Shown here in pieces: positions 1-9,366 of a DNA stretch of 64,000 bases. Every line of letters starts with the position of its first letter. Position 1 is the stretch's first letter. The position numbers and the translations under genes are program-made. The DNA comes from Lacisediminihabitans sp. (GTDB lineage Bacteria > Actinomycetota > Actinomycetes > Actinomycetales > Microbacteriaceae). The stretch covers positions 34,879 through 98,878 of the forward strand of contig JAYTRC010000055.1 of the NCBI GenBank assembly GCA_043746355.1, written 5' to 3'. The notes beneath the pieces are model-generated. The model searched no databases. It was not told the origin of the DNA and was given only the letters and a program-made list of their open reading frames with translations.

Positions 1-32
1 TCGCCGGTGCTGCGCGTCGTGAAGGTTCGCAA

Positions 33-1022
33 GTGACCGCCGGGCGCACCCGCGACATTTCGCTGACTGAGGCGCGTGAGCTGGTGCAGCGCGCGATCGA
101 TAAAGCCGAACAGCTCGGGCTGCGTGGCGGTATAGCCGTCGTCGGAGGCAGCGGGGCACTCGTCACGACGTCCCGGCTCGACCGCGGTGGCGCAGGGGGA
201 ATGACCCGTGCCCGATCGAAGGCATGGATCTCGGCCACCCAGCAGATTCCGAGCGCAGAGCACCTCACGCGCATGAACTTCGTCTCGGCACCAGTAGAGC
301 AGGGGTTCAAGACGGCTTCTCCTGAGGCACTCTTCCCAGGGGCGGGCGGAATGCCGATCTTCTCCCCGGACGGCACAGAGGTGATCGGCGGCATCGCCGC
401 GTCGGGGGCGACGGTCAGTCCGTTCTTCCCCGCCGGCATCGAGCAGCAGAACATGATCGCCGCTGGCCAGCCAGCAAACCCGGAAGACCTCCTCATTCAC
501 TATGCGCTCGGCCTTCCGTACGTCGGCCAGCACGGCGACGATCACGCACGGTGGGCTCGTTCGTTCGGCGAGTTCCCCGCAGATGCGCCCGACGGCCTTG
601 GCATGGCGCCCGCCCCCCGCGCCTCGGCCCAGCACGAGCACGACTGGGCAGTGCGACTCTCGGATGCGGTGATCGCCGAGGCAACCCGTCGAGGCGAGCG
701 CCTCGCGATCGCGATCGTCGACCATCGCGGCGACCCGATCCAGCAGGACGTAATGGATGGCGCTTCAACCGCCGGTGCCTTCCTCTCGCTCGCCGTCGCG
801 GCTACCGCGGCAACCTTCCAGCGGCCGAGCGGCGACCTCGTCAGGCTGTTCGGGTCTGAGCTCGATCGGGTGGCGGCCGCCGTGCCGTACGCGATCCTGG
901 CGGCGCCCGGTGGCGTGCCGATCAGCGAAGACGGGAACACGGTTGGCGGCTTGGGAATCGCTGGTGTCACCCCCGCCCGCGCCCACGAGATTGCAACCGC
1001 CGTGCTGCAGGGCTTCGCGTGA
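33..1022 (+). CDS. Tandem GlcG/HbpS-like (heme-binding/PduO-C type) domain protein
   Basis: Two repeats of the GlcG-like fold: ISLTEARELVQRAIDKAEQLG..IAVVG..SRLD..ARSKAW..GGMPI..IGGIAASG and AVRLSDAVIAEATRRG..AIAIVDHRGD..GGVPI..VGGLGIAG; GTGA overlap with next gene. Confidence 0.7.
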   Translation: MTAGRTRDISLTEARELVQRAIDKAEQLGLRGGIAVVGGSGALVTTSRLDRGGAGGMTRARSKAWISATQQIPSAEHLTRMNFVSAPVEQGFKTASPEALFPGAGGMPIFSPDGTEVIGGIAASGATVSPFFPAGIEQQNMIAAGQPANPEDLLIHYALGLPYVGQHGDDHARWARSFGEFPADAPDGLGMAPAPRASAQHEHDWAVRLSDAVIAEATRRGERLAIAIVDHRGDPIQQDVMDGASTAGAFLSLAVAATAATFQRPSGDLVRLFGSELDRVAAAVPYAILAAPGGVPISEDGNTVGGLGIAGVTPARAHEIATAVLQGFA

Positions 1023-1933
1023 CCAATGTCTGCATCGTCGGCGTCGGCGCGATCGGCAGCCTGTTTGCCGCCCATCTCGCCCAGCTCGATGACGTGACGG
1101 TCTGGGCCTTCGACGTCTCAGCCGCCAATGTTGAGGCAATCGAACGGAACGGGCTGGTGCTCACCGGCAAAGCCGACCTGCGCGGCACAGTCCATGCCCG
1201 CACCTCTGCTTCGGACATCCCGTCGTGCGAGTTTGGCATCGTCGCGGTCAAGTCCGAGTACACGCGGGCTGCAATGACCTCGGCAGCGTCGATCTTCGTC
1301 GATGGCGCGGTCGCGAGCGTGCAGAACGGTATCGGCAACGAAGAGGTGATCGCGGAGTTCGTGCCGCGCGTGATCCGGGGAACGACACTCGCGGCCGGGC
1401 ATCCGACCGGTGCGGGTGAAGTGCACTTCGACGCAACCGGGGGCACCTGGCTCGGCCCGTTCGAGCCGAAACCCGCATCGATGCGGGAGGTCACCGCCCT
1501 CGCCGGGTTGATCGACCTGAGCGGAATGCCCGCCCATGCGATGGCAGATGCCCGGGGTGCACAATGGACCAAACTTGTGTTCAACGCTGCCGGCAACGCC
1601 CTCGGCGCGGTCACCGGCCTCAGCGTCGGCCAGCTCGGTGATGACCCATACCTGCGTCCGATCGTCGATGGTCTGATCGCTGAGGGGGAGGCCGTGGCAT
1701 TCGCCCTCGGAATCACCCTCGACTCCGACCCTGGCGCGATGATCGACGAGGCGATCCAGATTGCCTATGGCCACCGCGCGAGCATGCTGCAGGATGTCGC
1801 TGCCCGCAGGCACACCGAGATCGACGTGCTGAACGGCGGCATCGTCGCAGCCGGACGTGAAGTCGGAGTACCGACCCCGTTGCACGAAGCGATGGTTGCG
1901 CTGGTCAAGGGCGTCGAGCGGTCCTGGGGCTAG
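1019..1933 (+). CDS. Ketopantoate reductase (ApbA/PanE family) oxidoreductase
   Basis: N-terminal GVGAIG Rossmann motif, IVAVKS, SVQNGIG, WTKLVFNA, SMLQDV..RHTEIDVLNGGIV..GVPTP. Substrate not certain. Confidence 0.85.
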   Translation: MTNVCIVGVGAIGSLFAAHLAQLDDVTVWAFDVSAANVEAIERNGLVLTGKADLRGTVHARTSASDIPSCEFGIVAVKSEYTRAAMTSAASIFVDGAVASVQNGIGNEEVIAEFVPRVIRGTTLAAGHPTGAGEVHFDATGGTWLGPFEPKPASMREVTALAGLIDLSGMPAHAMADARGAQWTKLVFNAAGNALGAVTGLSVGQLGDDPYLRPIVDGLIAEGEAVAFALGITLDSDPGAMIDEAIQIAYGHRASMLQDVAARRHTEIDVLNGGIVAAGREVGVPTPLHEAMVALVKGVERSWG

Positions 1934-1951
1934 CGTCGACCCGCTCCACCG

Positions 1952-2572
1952 CTAGAGTTCCGTCGCGACCCCGCGTTCGAGGATGGTGAGAGACGTGCCG
2001 TCCGGCGTGAAGTGTCCGAGCATCGAGTGCGGCATCCCGAGGTCTGCCCAGGCTGCTTCATGAATGGGGATGGCGACGCGCGGCGAAACGGTGCGCAGGT
2101 ACTCGATCACGTCGCCGAGCTTCAGCCAGGGTCCGCTAATCGGAAGCGCGAGCACGTCGACCTTCACGTCCGGCACATCGAATGAGTCACCAGGGTGAAA
2201 GAGTGCGCCGTCGTCGATGACGAATGCGACGTTCGCGCTGCCCGGAAAGTTCTCGTAGATCGGGGCGTGGGTTTCGCCGAGTACATCGATGACCGAGCCG
2301 CCGACCTCGATGCGATCGCCGCGCTTCACCGCGCGAGCGTTGATCGACGGCGCGCTCTCAGGGTCGGCAAGCACGACCGCGTTCGGGTTGGCTGTGATCA
2401 GCTCGACCACCTTCGGAACGTCGAGGTGATCCTCGTGATTGTGGCTGATGAGAATTGCGTCGAGGTCACGAAGACCCTCGAAACCGCTCGACAGGGTTCC
2501 CGGGTCGATCAGGATGCGCGCGCCGGCGGTTTCGACGAGGAGGCAGGCATGGCCGAGGTGGGTGATCTTCAT
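1952..2572 (-). CDS. MBL-fold metallo-hydrolase (UlaG-like)
   Basis: MKITHLGHACLLVE..ILIDPG, SHNHEDH metal motif, FHPGDS, AIPIHE; start placed at ATG 2572 overlapping the stop of the upstream gene. Confidence 0.85.
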   Translation of the reverse strand: MKITHLGHACLLVETAGARILIDPGTLSSGFEGLRDLDAILISHNHEDHLDVPKVVELITANPNAVVLADPESAPSINARAVKRGDRIEVGGSVIDVLGETHAPIYENFPGSANVAFVIDDGALFHPGDSFDVPDVKVDVLALPISGPWLKLGDVIEYLRTVSPRVAIPIHEAAWADLGMPHSMLGHFTPDGTSLTILERGVATEL

Positions 2573-3138
2573 AATGCTCCGTTGTGTGCTTCTGCTGTGT
2601 CGACGCGGAAGACCCTGAGTTGCAGGGCCAGGGTTGAGTAATAGCCGACCAGCGTGGTGAGCTCGAAGATGGTCGATCGTTCGAGGTCGACCGCCCACTG
2701 CTCGTCGTCGAGGTCCCCGTTGGCCAGCGCGAACACAGTATTCGCGATGGCCTGCTCGCGCGGATCTGACAGCGTCGGAACCCCGCCGGCACTGACCGTG
2801 GCGAGCTCACTCTCTGTGAGGCCGGCCGCCCGGCCGACAGCCTCGTGGGACTGCTGCTCGAACGTGCTGCCCCAGTGAGCGGCGATAATGAGAATCGCGA
2901 GCTCGCGCTCGCGCGCGGTCAGCGCGGTCTCATATCTCACGGCAGTGCCCAGCGACTGCAGTGACCTGGCGATCCCCGGCGCGAGCAGGAACGCGTTGAA
3001 CGGGCCGTTGAGCGAGCCGTCGTCTGCGGTCAGCGCGAAATGCTGCACGCCCTTTGATCGGGGGCCGTGCACGATGTCGTCGTAAAGCGTGGCCTGGTCT
3101 GCGTCCAGTTGAGCCGGAACGAGCCGGGCCAGTCTCAC
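2569..3138 (-). CDS. Carboxymuconolactone decarboxylase/AhpD-like family protein
   Basis: LNGPFNAFLLAPGIA, LTARERELAILIIAAHWGSTFEQQSHEAVGRAAGL, ELTTLVGYYSTLA are typical of the CMD family. Confidence 0.75.
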   Translation of the reverse strand: MRLARLVPAQLDADQATLYDDIVHGPRSKGVQHFALTADDGSLNGPFNAFLLAPGIARSLQSLGTAVRYETALTARERELAILIIAAHWGSTFEQQSHEAVGRAAGLTESELATVSAGGVPTLSDPREQAIANTVFALANGDLDDEQWAVDLERSTIFELTTLVGYYSTLALQLRVFRVDTAEAHNGAL

Positions 3139-3151
3139 GGAAGCTCCATTC

Positions 3152-3949
3152 TCACAGCGCCCTGAGCCTCATACTGATGTCTGCCGCGGCCTCCTGCAGC
3201 TGGGTGAGCAGCGCGCCCCGGAGGGAGGCCACGTCGTGACGCGACGACGAAACTGCGATGTTGATCGCCGCGACAGGAGCCTCGGCCCTCCCGAAGACCG
3301 GCATGGAGACGGAGCGGAGGCCCTGCGCGAGTTCCTGGTCCTGGATCGAATAACCCTGTTCGCGGATGCTCGCGAGCCGGGCATCCAACTCGGCGCGACT
3401 CGTGACCGCGTTCGGCCCCGCGCCGCCGATGAAAGAGTGTGTGCCAATGCGCTCGTCGAGTTCCTGCGGGCTGAGCCACGCGAGCAGAAGTTTTCCCATC
3501 GATGTGTAGACAGCGGGCAGGGTCGAACCGACCTGCACGTTCGCGGTGACGAGGTCGGCGTTCTTGAGCCTGGCGAGGTACAGCACCTGGTCATTGATGA
3601 GGATGCCGAGGTTGACGGTCTCGCCCGTCGTCTCAGCGAGGTGACGCAGTGGTCGTTCGCTCACCTGTACGAGGCTGGAGCCGCGGAGAGCCGCAGAGCC
3701 GAGGGTAAGCACGGAGACGCCGGGCTGAAGGTCGCCGTCTGGCGTGCGGTCGAGGAAGCCGTCTTCTTCGAGAGTGGAGACGATGCGAAATGCTGTTGGC
3801 ATAGGGATTCCGGTGCGGTCGCAGATTTCCCGCAGCCGAAGGGACGCGGTATTTTCGTCGAAAAGTTTCAGCACCTGCAGCCCTTTTGCGAGAGACTCGA
3901 TTCGGTACTGGTTTGTCGGCTTGCGCGTTTCGTCGTCGTCATCGACCAC
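3152..3949 (-). CDS. IclR-family transcriptional regulator
   Basis: SLAKGLQVLKLF..HTH..TAFRIVSTLEEDGFL; TGETVNLGIL, VGSTLPAVYTSMGKLLLA, GYSIQDQELAQGLRSVSMPV. Confidence 0.92.
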   Translation of the reverse strand: MVDDDDETRKPTNQYRIESLAKGLQVLKLFDENTASLRLREICDRTGIPMPTAFRIVSTLEEDGFLDRTPDGDLQPGVSVLTLGSAALRGSSLVQVSERPLRHLAETTGETVNLGILINDQVLYLARLKNADLVTANVQVGSTLPAVYTSMGKLLLAWLSPQELDERIGTHSFIGGAGPNAVTSRAELDARLASIREQGYSIQDQELAQGLRSVSMPVFGRAEAPVAAINIAVSSSRHDVASLRGALLTQLQEAAADISMRLRAL

Positions 3950-3972
3950 GGAAGATCCCCTCTAAAAGCCAG

Positions 3973-3994
3973 TTTCGCCTGACGAAAGTAGACT
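3973..3994 (+). promoter_or_regulatory. Putative IclR operator (TTTCG-N5-CGAAA) next to a TAGACT -10 element
   Basis: Perfect 5-bp inverted repeat at 3973-3987 in the divergent iclR/esterase intergenic region; TAGACT at 3989-3994. Confidence 0.5.
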
Positions 3995-4060
3995 ATCGTT
4001 TGCAGTGATGCAGGGCAACCTTTGCGGCCCGGATCCGTTGCAACGACGCAGGAGCAGTTC

Positions 4061-4867
4061 ATGACAGCAAGCCCAACCGTCCTCAGGGACGTGGTCTTCT
4101 CCACCATCCCGGGCTTCCGGCCGGTGACCCTCGACCTGTACCTGCCACTGGGCGGCCATGCGACGGTCATCCTCTTCGTGCACGGCGGTGGCTGGCGGCT
4201 CGGTTCGCGGCGTGCCTTCGGCCCGAATTTCACCACCGAGAGCTCTTTCGACCGCATCGTCGCGGCGGGATTCGCCGTGGCGTCCGTCGACTACCGGCTG
4301 AGCGGCGAGGCGACGTTCCCGGCGCAGGTCGATGACGTTCGAAGCGCGATGGAGTGGATCGCTGAGCACGGGGCCGAGCACGGCCTGGACTCCTCCCGAA
4401 TGATTGTCTGGGGCGAGTCAGCAGGAGCAACACTCGGCGCACTCGTGGCGCTGGAAGACCCGGCAAAGGTGCCCGGAGTGAGCGTGCTGGGCGTCATCGA
4501 CTGGTACGGGCCGGCCGACCTCGTCGCATTTGCCGAAGCGGCGGATCCGGCGACGCTCGCGGCCTCGCGCGAATCGGAGTGGCTCGGCGGCACAGCTCTC
4601 GACCTGCCGGATGCAGCCAGAATGGCCAGCCCGGCCTACCAGGTGCGACCCGATGCCCCGCCGTTCCTGATCGCGCACGGACTGGCAGACCAGTTCGTTC
4701 CACACTCTCAGAGCGAGCGGTTCGCGGATGCCCTGCGCGTGAACGGCGTCGAGGTGGAGTTCACCTCCGTGCCGGGGGCGAACCACATGTGGAACGGGGT
4801 GGCCGACACCGCACCGCTGCTCGACCAGGCGCTGGAATTCGCGCGCCGCGTGACGGAGGGATCCTGA
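4061..4867 (+). CDS. Alpha/beta hydrolase (HSL-like esterase/lipase)
   Basis: HGGGW oxyanion motif, GESAG nucleophile motif, IAHGLADQFVP, GANH. Confidence 0.88.
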   Translation: MTASPTVLRDVVFSTIPGFRPVTLDLYLPLGGHATVILFVHGGGWRLGSRRAFGPNFTTESSFDRIVAAGFAVASVDYRLSGEATFPAQVDDVRSAMEWIAEHGAEHGLDSSRMIVWGESAGATLGALVALEDPAKVPGVSVLGVIDWYGPADLVAFAEAADPATLAASRESEWLGGTALDLPDAARMASPAYQVRPDAPPFLIAHGLADQFVPHSQSERFADALRVNGVEVEFTSVPGANHMWNGVADTAPLLDQALEFARRVTEGS

Positions 4868-4868
4868 A

Positions 4869-5705
4869 ATGACCGAGATCCTCTCAGCGTCTGCTCTGCT
4901 GCAGCAACGACTCTGGAGCGCTGACCCCGAAGCGTGGGCGCTGTACAGCGAGCCGCACAATCGGCCGCTGTTCGAGGCGGTGCTCGACGCGGCGCAGGTC
5001 GCGACCGGGACCGACCTGCTGGATGTCGCCTGCGGCACCGGCCTGGTGCTCCAGCTCGCAGTAGAGCGCGGGGCGACGGTCACCGGCATCGACGTCTCCG
5101 CCGCGATGCTCGGCGTTGCGAAAGAGCGTCTGCCCGAGGCCGACCTGCGGCTCATCGACATGCAGGTGCTGCCGTTCGCAGACGACAGCTTCGACGCGGT
5201 CACCGGCGTCAATGCGTTCCAGTTCGCCGCAGACCCTGTTGCCGCGATCGTCGAGGCCGCGCGCGTGCTGCGACCCGGCGGGCGGCTCGCCGTCGGCATG
5301 TTCGCGGAGCCGGAGCGCTCCCAGTCGACCGCGATCCACGACGCGATGGCGATGTTGAGTCCGCCTGCCCGCGACGGCGAGCACCAGCCGTACGCGCTGT
5401 CAGCGCCGGGCAATCTCGAGGCAGTCTTCGCCTCGGCCGGCCTCACGCTGGAAGGCCAGGGCCAGGGCGAGGTCGAGTGCGTGTGGGCATACGACAAGGT
5501 CGACGACGCGGTGCGTGGCCTGCGCGGCTCGGGAGGAGGCACTCGTGCTGTCGAGGATGCCGGAGCAGCGGCCGTCGGCGCCGCCATCGAACAGGCGCTC
5601 ATACCGTTCACCGATGCCGCCGGGCGTGTTCGCATGGTCAATACCTTCCGCTGGGTCAGCGCCACAAAAACGGGCGCTACGAAAGCGGGGGTCACAGATG
5701 ACTAA
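4869..5705 (+). CDS. Class I SAM-dependent methyltransferase
   Basis: LLDVACGTG, TGIDVSAAML, LPFADDSFDAV, RVLRPGGRL. Confidence 0.9.
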   Translation: MTEILSASALLQQRLWSADPEAWALYSEPHNRPLFEAVLDAAQVATGTDLLDVACGTGLVLQLAVERGATVTGIDVSAAMLGVAKERLPEADLRLIDMQVLPFADDSFDAVTGVNAFQFAADPVAAIVEAARVLRPGGRLAVGMFAEPERSQSTAIHDAMAMLSPPARDGEHQPYALSAPGNLEAVFASAGLTLEGQGQGEVECVWAYDKVDDAVRGLRGSGGGTRAVEDAGAAAVGAAIEQALIPFTDAAGRVRMVNTFRWVSATKTGATKAGVTDD

Positions 5706-6180
5706 TCGCGGTTTCCACCACATCGGCTACTGGGTTGACGACCTCGACGCCGCGATGGCCGACGCCACCGAACTCCTCGGGGTGGGGCCATTCCGGGTGA
5801 TGGAACACGTCGACCTGGGGGAGTTCCGGTTCCAGGGTGGGCCGGGCATCCTCGATCACTCCGCTGCCTTCACCCAATGGGGACCCATCATCCTCGAGCT
5901 CAACCAGGCGCACGACGTGCAGCCGCCCGAGCTTCGCGCGGCTCTGGGTGTCGCTCACGGAGCGGTCAGCCACACCTCGTGGTGGACGCCGGATCTCGCC
6001 GCCGAGACGCAACACCTGGAGTCCGCGGGCTGCGCCCTGCTCACCACCTCGGTCGGCGGTGCCGTCGCGAACTGGTTCAGCGGTGGAAAGCTCTTCGGTC
6101 ACCCGATTGAGATCCACCAGCCGACGCCCGGGGTGCTCGGGATGTGGGCGTCCCTGGGCGAGGGCAGCAGCTACCCGTAG
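5698..6180 (+). CDS. VOC (glyoxalase/epimerase-like) family protein
   Basis: FHHIGYWVDDLDAA..LGVGPF..AFTQWGPIILELNQ..SHTSWWTPDLAAETQHLE; ATG 5698 overlaps the methyltransferase end. Confidence 0.8.
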   Translation: MTNRGFHHIGYWVDDLDAAMADATELLGVGPFRVMEHVDLGEFRFQGGPGILDHSAAFTQWGPIILELNQAHDVQPPELRAALGVAHGAVSHTSWWTPDLAAETQHLESAGCALLTTSVGGAVANWFSGGKLFGHPIEIHQPTPGVLGMWASLGEGSSYP

Positions 6181-6280
6181 TGCAACGTCCGAGTCGGGGT
6201 TGGCCTGCGCCCAGCATCCCGCCGACCTCTGCGCCGCGACAGCGACGCACTGAGCGCGGGCTGGCTGAGCCCATCCTCGC

Positions 6281-7264
6281 CTACGAAACCCTCTCTGGCT
6301 GCGTGTCGGTTGCTTCGGCTACCTCGGCAGCGTCCGCCGTCTGGTTGCTCCCGGCAGTCCTGTCGCTGCCGGCAGGCTTATCCGGCTTCGGCACCCAGTC
6401 GTCGCGATATACCGAAAGCTCTTTCCCCTGATGCCGACGCGCCTGTACGACGATCAGCACGACGCCGACCGCGACCGTAACGAACGAGGCGAACACGTTG
6501 TCTGGCAGGCCCAGGATGCGGTCACTGGTCGGATCGATACGGATCGCCTCGAGCCAGCTGCGGCCGAGCCCGTACCAGATGAGGTAAACCCCGAAGGCTT
6601 TGCCCCAGCGCAGTTCAGACCCGTGCCCGCGCAGGCGACGCTCGAGAAGGATGATGATGGCGACGCCGATCAGGTTCCAGATGATCTCGTAAAGAAAGAG
6701 GGGTTGAAAGAGCGTTCCCGCCCGCAGCGACTCCAGGTGATCGTTCGTGAGCGCGATGTTGGGCCGCGCGATCTGCAGACCCCACGGCAGTGTGGTCGGC
6801 AGCCCGAACAGCTCCTGGTTGAACCAGTTGCCGAGTCGCCCGGTCGCCTGCGCTACGAGCATTGCGGGGGCGAGGGCATCCGCAAACGACCACAGTTTGA
6901 TTCCGTGCCGACGGCATCCGATGTAGGCGCCGACTGCGCCACCGATCAGGGATCCGTACAGCGCGTTACCGCCGTCCCAGATGGCGAGAGTGTTCCACAG
7001 GTTGTCGCCCGGCGCAAAATAATCGCCGGTGTGAGTGAGCACGTGATAGAAGCGAGCGCCGACGATGCCAAATGGCACAGCCCAGATGATCACGTCGAGA
7101 ACGATGCCCTGGGTTGCCCCGCGGGCGCTCATCCTGCGCTGGGTGATGATGATTGCCAAAATTATCCCGGCGAGGATGCAGATCGCGTAGGTGTGGATCG
7201 TGAGCGGCCCGATCATGAACTGCCTGAAAATCGGGTCTGGGCTCGGAATGCTCAACGGAATCAT
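6281..7264 (-). CDS. lgt: Prolipoprotein diacylglyceryl transferase
   Basis: IVGARFYHV, AIWDGG..YGSLIGG, AQATGRLGNWFNQELFG, FQPLFLYE, YGLGRSWLEAIRID. Confidence 0.93.
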   Translation of the reverse strand: MIPLSIPSPDPIFRQFMIGPLTIHTYAICILAGIILAIIITQRRMSARGATQGIVLDVIIWAVPFGIVGARFYHVLTHTGDYFAPGDNLWNTLAIWDGGNALYGSLIGGAVGAYIGCRRHGIKLWSFADALAPAMLVAQATGRLGNWFNQELFGLPTTLPWGLQIARPNIALTNDHLESLRAGTLFQPLFLYEIIWNLIGVAIIILLERRLRGHGSELRWGKAFGVYLIWYGLGRSWLEAIRIDPTSDRILGLPDNVFASFVTVAVGVVLIVVQARRHQGKELSVYRDDWVPKPDKPAGSDRTAGSNQTADAAEVAEATDTQPERVS

Positions 7265-7394
7265 CGAAAAAAGCCCTTCAGGGGGAGGTCGCGGCTACAC
7301 ACTGCACAGCTATCTTCGCATTTGCGCCTTCGGCTCGACCACCTGCCACCCAGTTCACGGCTGATCACGTTATCTTCGGGCTGAGGAAAGGCGG

Positions 7395-7862
7395 ATGCCC
7401 GTGGCAAACCAGAACGTCGAAACCGACGAACAGCGACTCACCCAGGCGGCGGGCAGGCTCGCCCTCGTTATCGGCAGGCTCAACCGGATGCTCCGCGCGA
7501 CGGAGGGTGTGAGCCACAGCGGCCTGTCTGCACTGTCGAGCATCGTTAAATTCGGGCCGCTCAGACTCAACGAACTGGCGCAGCGCGAAGGCGTCGCCGC
7601 AGCAACCGTGACCCGCATCGCCGTCGACCTTACCCGTCGCGGGTTCGTCACAAGAAAGACAGACCTGCTCGACCGTCGTGCCACCAGGATCGAGGCGACC
7701 ACCGCTGGCGTCGACTACATCATGCAGGCCAGGTCGGCCAGGGCCGACGTAATGGCTGCCCTTCTCGCAACGCTCAATGAGCACGGCGTCGGCCTGCTCG
7801 AAGAGTCACTGCCGGTTCTCGAAGCGCTCGTGACCGAGGCACACGTCGCGGGCCGTTCTTAG
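7395..7862 (+). CDS. MarR-family transcriptional regulator
   Basis: LSALSSIVKFGPLRLNELAQREGVAAATVTRIAVDLTRRGFVTR..DRRATRIEAT. Confidence 0.88.
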   Translation: MPVANQNVETDEQRLTQAAGRLALVIGRLNRMLRATEGVSHSGLSALSSIVKFGPLRLNELAQREGVAAATVTRIAVDLTRRGFVTRKTDLLDRRATRIEATTAGVDYIMQARSARADVMAALLATLNEHGVGLLEESLPVLEALVTEAHVAGRS

Positions 7863-8329
7863 GCTCGCAGTACCCGCACCAATTGCTCGAGTATCGGCAC
7901 CTGGCCCTTTACGACCTTCTCCATGGCCGTAGCGATGTCGATCCATTCCGCCCTGTCGATCTCAGGAAAACTCTGCATTCGACCCGATCGCGGCGGCCAT
8001 TCACTATCGAACGTGTTGCTCTCGACGAAGACCACCTCTGCAGCAGTGCTTGCGGCGAAGACCGTGACGACCTTGCCCGACGACTGGCTGAAGTCACCGA
8101 AGTGCTGGTAACGCTCATCCGGGGCCGGTGCTCCGATCTCCTCGCGGAACTCGCGAAGTGCTGCAGCGAGGTCGGCCTCAGCAGCCAGCGGCTCACCCTT
8201 CGGGATCGACCAGGCTGCGGCATCCTTCCGCCCCCAGAACGGGCCGCCCATATGCCCGAGAAAGACTTCGGTGCCCGCCGAGGTGCTGCGATGCAGCAGG
8301 ATGCCGCAGCTGCGGAGTATTGCGATCAT
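7859..8329 (-). CDS. NUDIX hydrolase
   Basis: WSIPKGEPLAAEADLAAALREFREEIG Nudix box; HMGGPFW and EWPPRSGRMQSFPEIDRAEW family motifs. Confidence 0.88.
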   Translation of the reverse strand: MIAILRSCGILLHRSTSAGTEVFLGHMGGPFWGRKDAAAWSIPKGEPLAAEADLAAALREFREEIGAPAPDERYQHFGDFSQSSGKVVTVFAASTAAEVVFVESNTFDSEWPPRSGRMQSFPEIDRAEWIDIATAMEKVVKGQVPILEQLVRVLRA

Positions 8330-8454
8330 TGACCCAGCATAAGAAGGCGCTACCAGAGAAATTTCTGGTGACGTTCCGAACGTACGCGGTGAGGGTTTGC
8401 AGCAACTCGATCCCGGCGTACCGTGCCGAGCACAGAGATCCTGAGGAGGACATC

Positions 8455-8649
8455 ATGGGCATTGTCGATGACGCCAAAGACGCTGCAGCGGCAACGGGCG
8501 AGAAGATCAGCCGCACTGTCGAAGACACGAAGGAGCGCATCGGCGATCACGCTGACGAGGTGAAAGCCGACGCCAACGTGAAGGCCGCTGAGCGTGAGCG
8601 TGATGCGACGCACGCCAAGAACGAGTACAAGGAGAACCTGCGCGACTAG
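8455..8649 (+). CDS. Small hydrophilic CsbD-like/general-stress-type protein (64 aa)
   Basis: Strong SD (GAGGAGG) before ATG 8455; MGIVDDAKDAAAATGEKISRTVEDTKERIG..; followed by an intrinsic terminator. Confidence 0.6.
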   Translation: MGIVDDAKDAAAATGEKISRTVEDTKERIGDHADEVKADANVKAAERERDATHAKNEYKENLRD

Positions 8650-8667
8650 CGCGCGGAAGGTGAAGTG

Positions 8668-8696
8668 AAAGGGCGGTGCTTCGGCGCCGCCCTTTT
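8668..8696 (+). terminator. Rho-independent terminator
   Basis: aaaGGGCGGTGC-ttcg-GCGCCGCCCttttt hairpin with U-tract. Confidence 0.85.
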
Positions 8697-8775
8697 TCGT
8701 GTGACGCCCCAGCTCGTGTGAATCGCTCCTTCTTACAGGGTGCAAGATTGAAATCCAGGATTTGCGAGGAGAACA

Positions 8776-9336
8776 ATGACCAGGCTCATGATCATCGTCG
8801 GCAGTGTGAGACCCGGCCGGGTGGGGCTTCCCATTGCCCAGTGGGTGCAGGCAGCAGCTGAAGCGCACGGAGGGTTCGACATCGACTTCGTCGACCTTCT
8901 CGAGCTGGCGCTTCCCTTCATGGACGAACCGAATCACCCTCGCCTCCACAATTACACGAAACAGCACACGCTCGACTGGAGCGCCAGGGTCACGGCTGCG
9001 GAGGCGTTCGTCTTCGTCACCCCCGAGTACAACCACAGCTTCTCGCCTGCGCTGAAAAACGCCATCGACTTTCTCTGCCTGGAGTGGTGGCGCAAGCCCG
9101 TCGGTTTCGTCAGCTACGGCGGCGTGTCGGGCGGAAGCCGCGGAGTGACGGCACTGGAACCGATCACCGCTGTAGTCGGCCTGGTGCGAGTCGGGGCTGA
9201 AGTCGAGCTCGCCTTCGGCGGTGCCCAGGTCGCCGACGGGGTATTCAGCCCGAACGACAAAGAGATCGCCGTTCTCGGCACGATGTTCGCTGAACTCGTG
9301 GCTGAAGCCGAGGTGCTGAAGCCGCTGCAAAGCTGA
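8776..9336 (+). CDS. NADPH-dependent FMN reductase
   Basis: IVGSVRPGRVG, FVTPEYNHSFSPALKNAIDF, KPVGFVSYGGVSGGSRG. Confidence 0.92.
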   Translation: MTRLMIIVGSVRPGRVGLPIAQWVQAAAEAHGGFDIDFVDLLELALPFMDEPNHPRLHNYTKQHTLDWSARVTAAEAFVFVTPEYNHSFSPALKNAIDFLCLEWWRKPVGFVSYGGVSGGSRGVTALEPITAVVGLVRVGAEVELAFGGAQVADGVFSPNDKEIAVLGTMFAELVAEAEVLKPLQS

Positions 9337-9366
9337 CTCGACTGCGGTTCTAGCTCGGCTTTCGTT

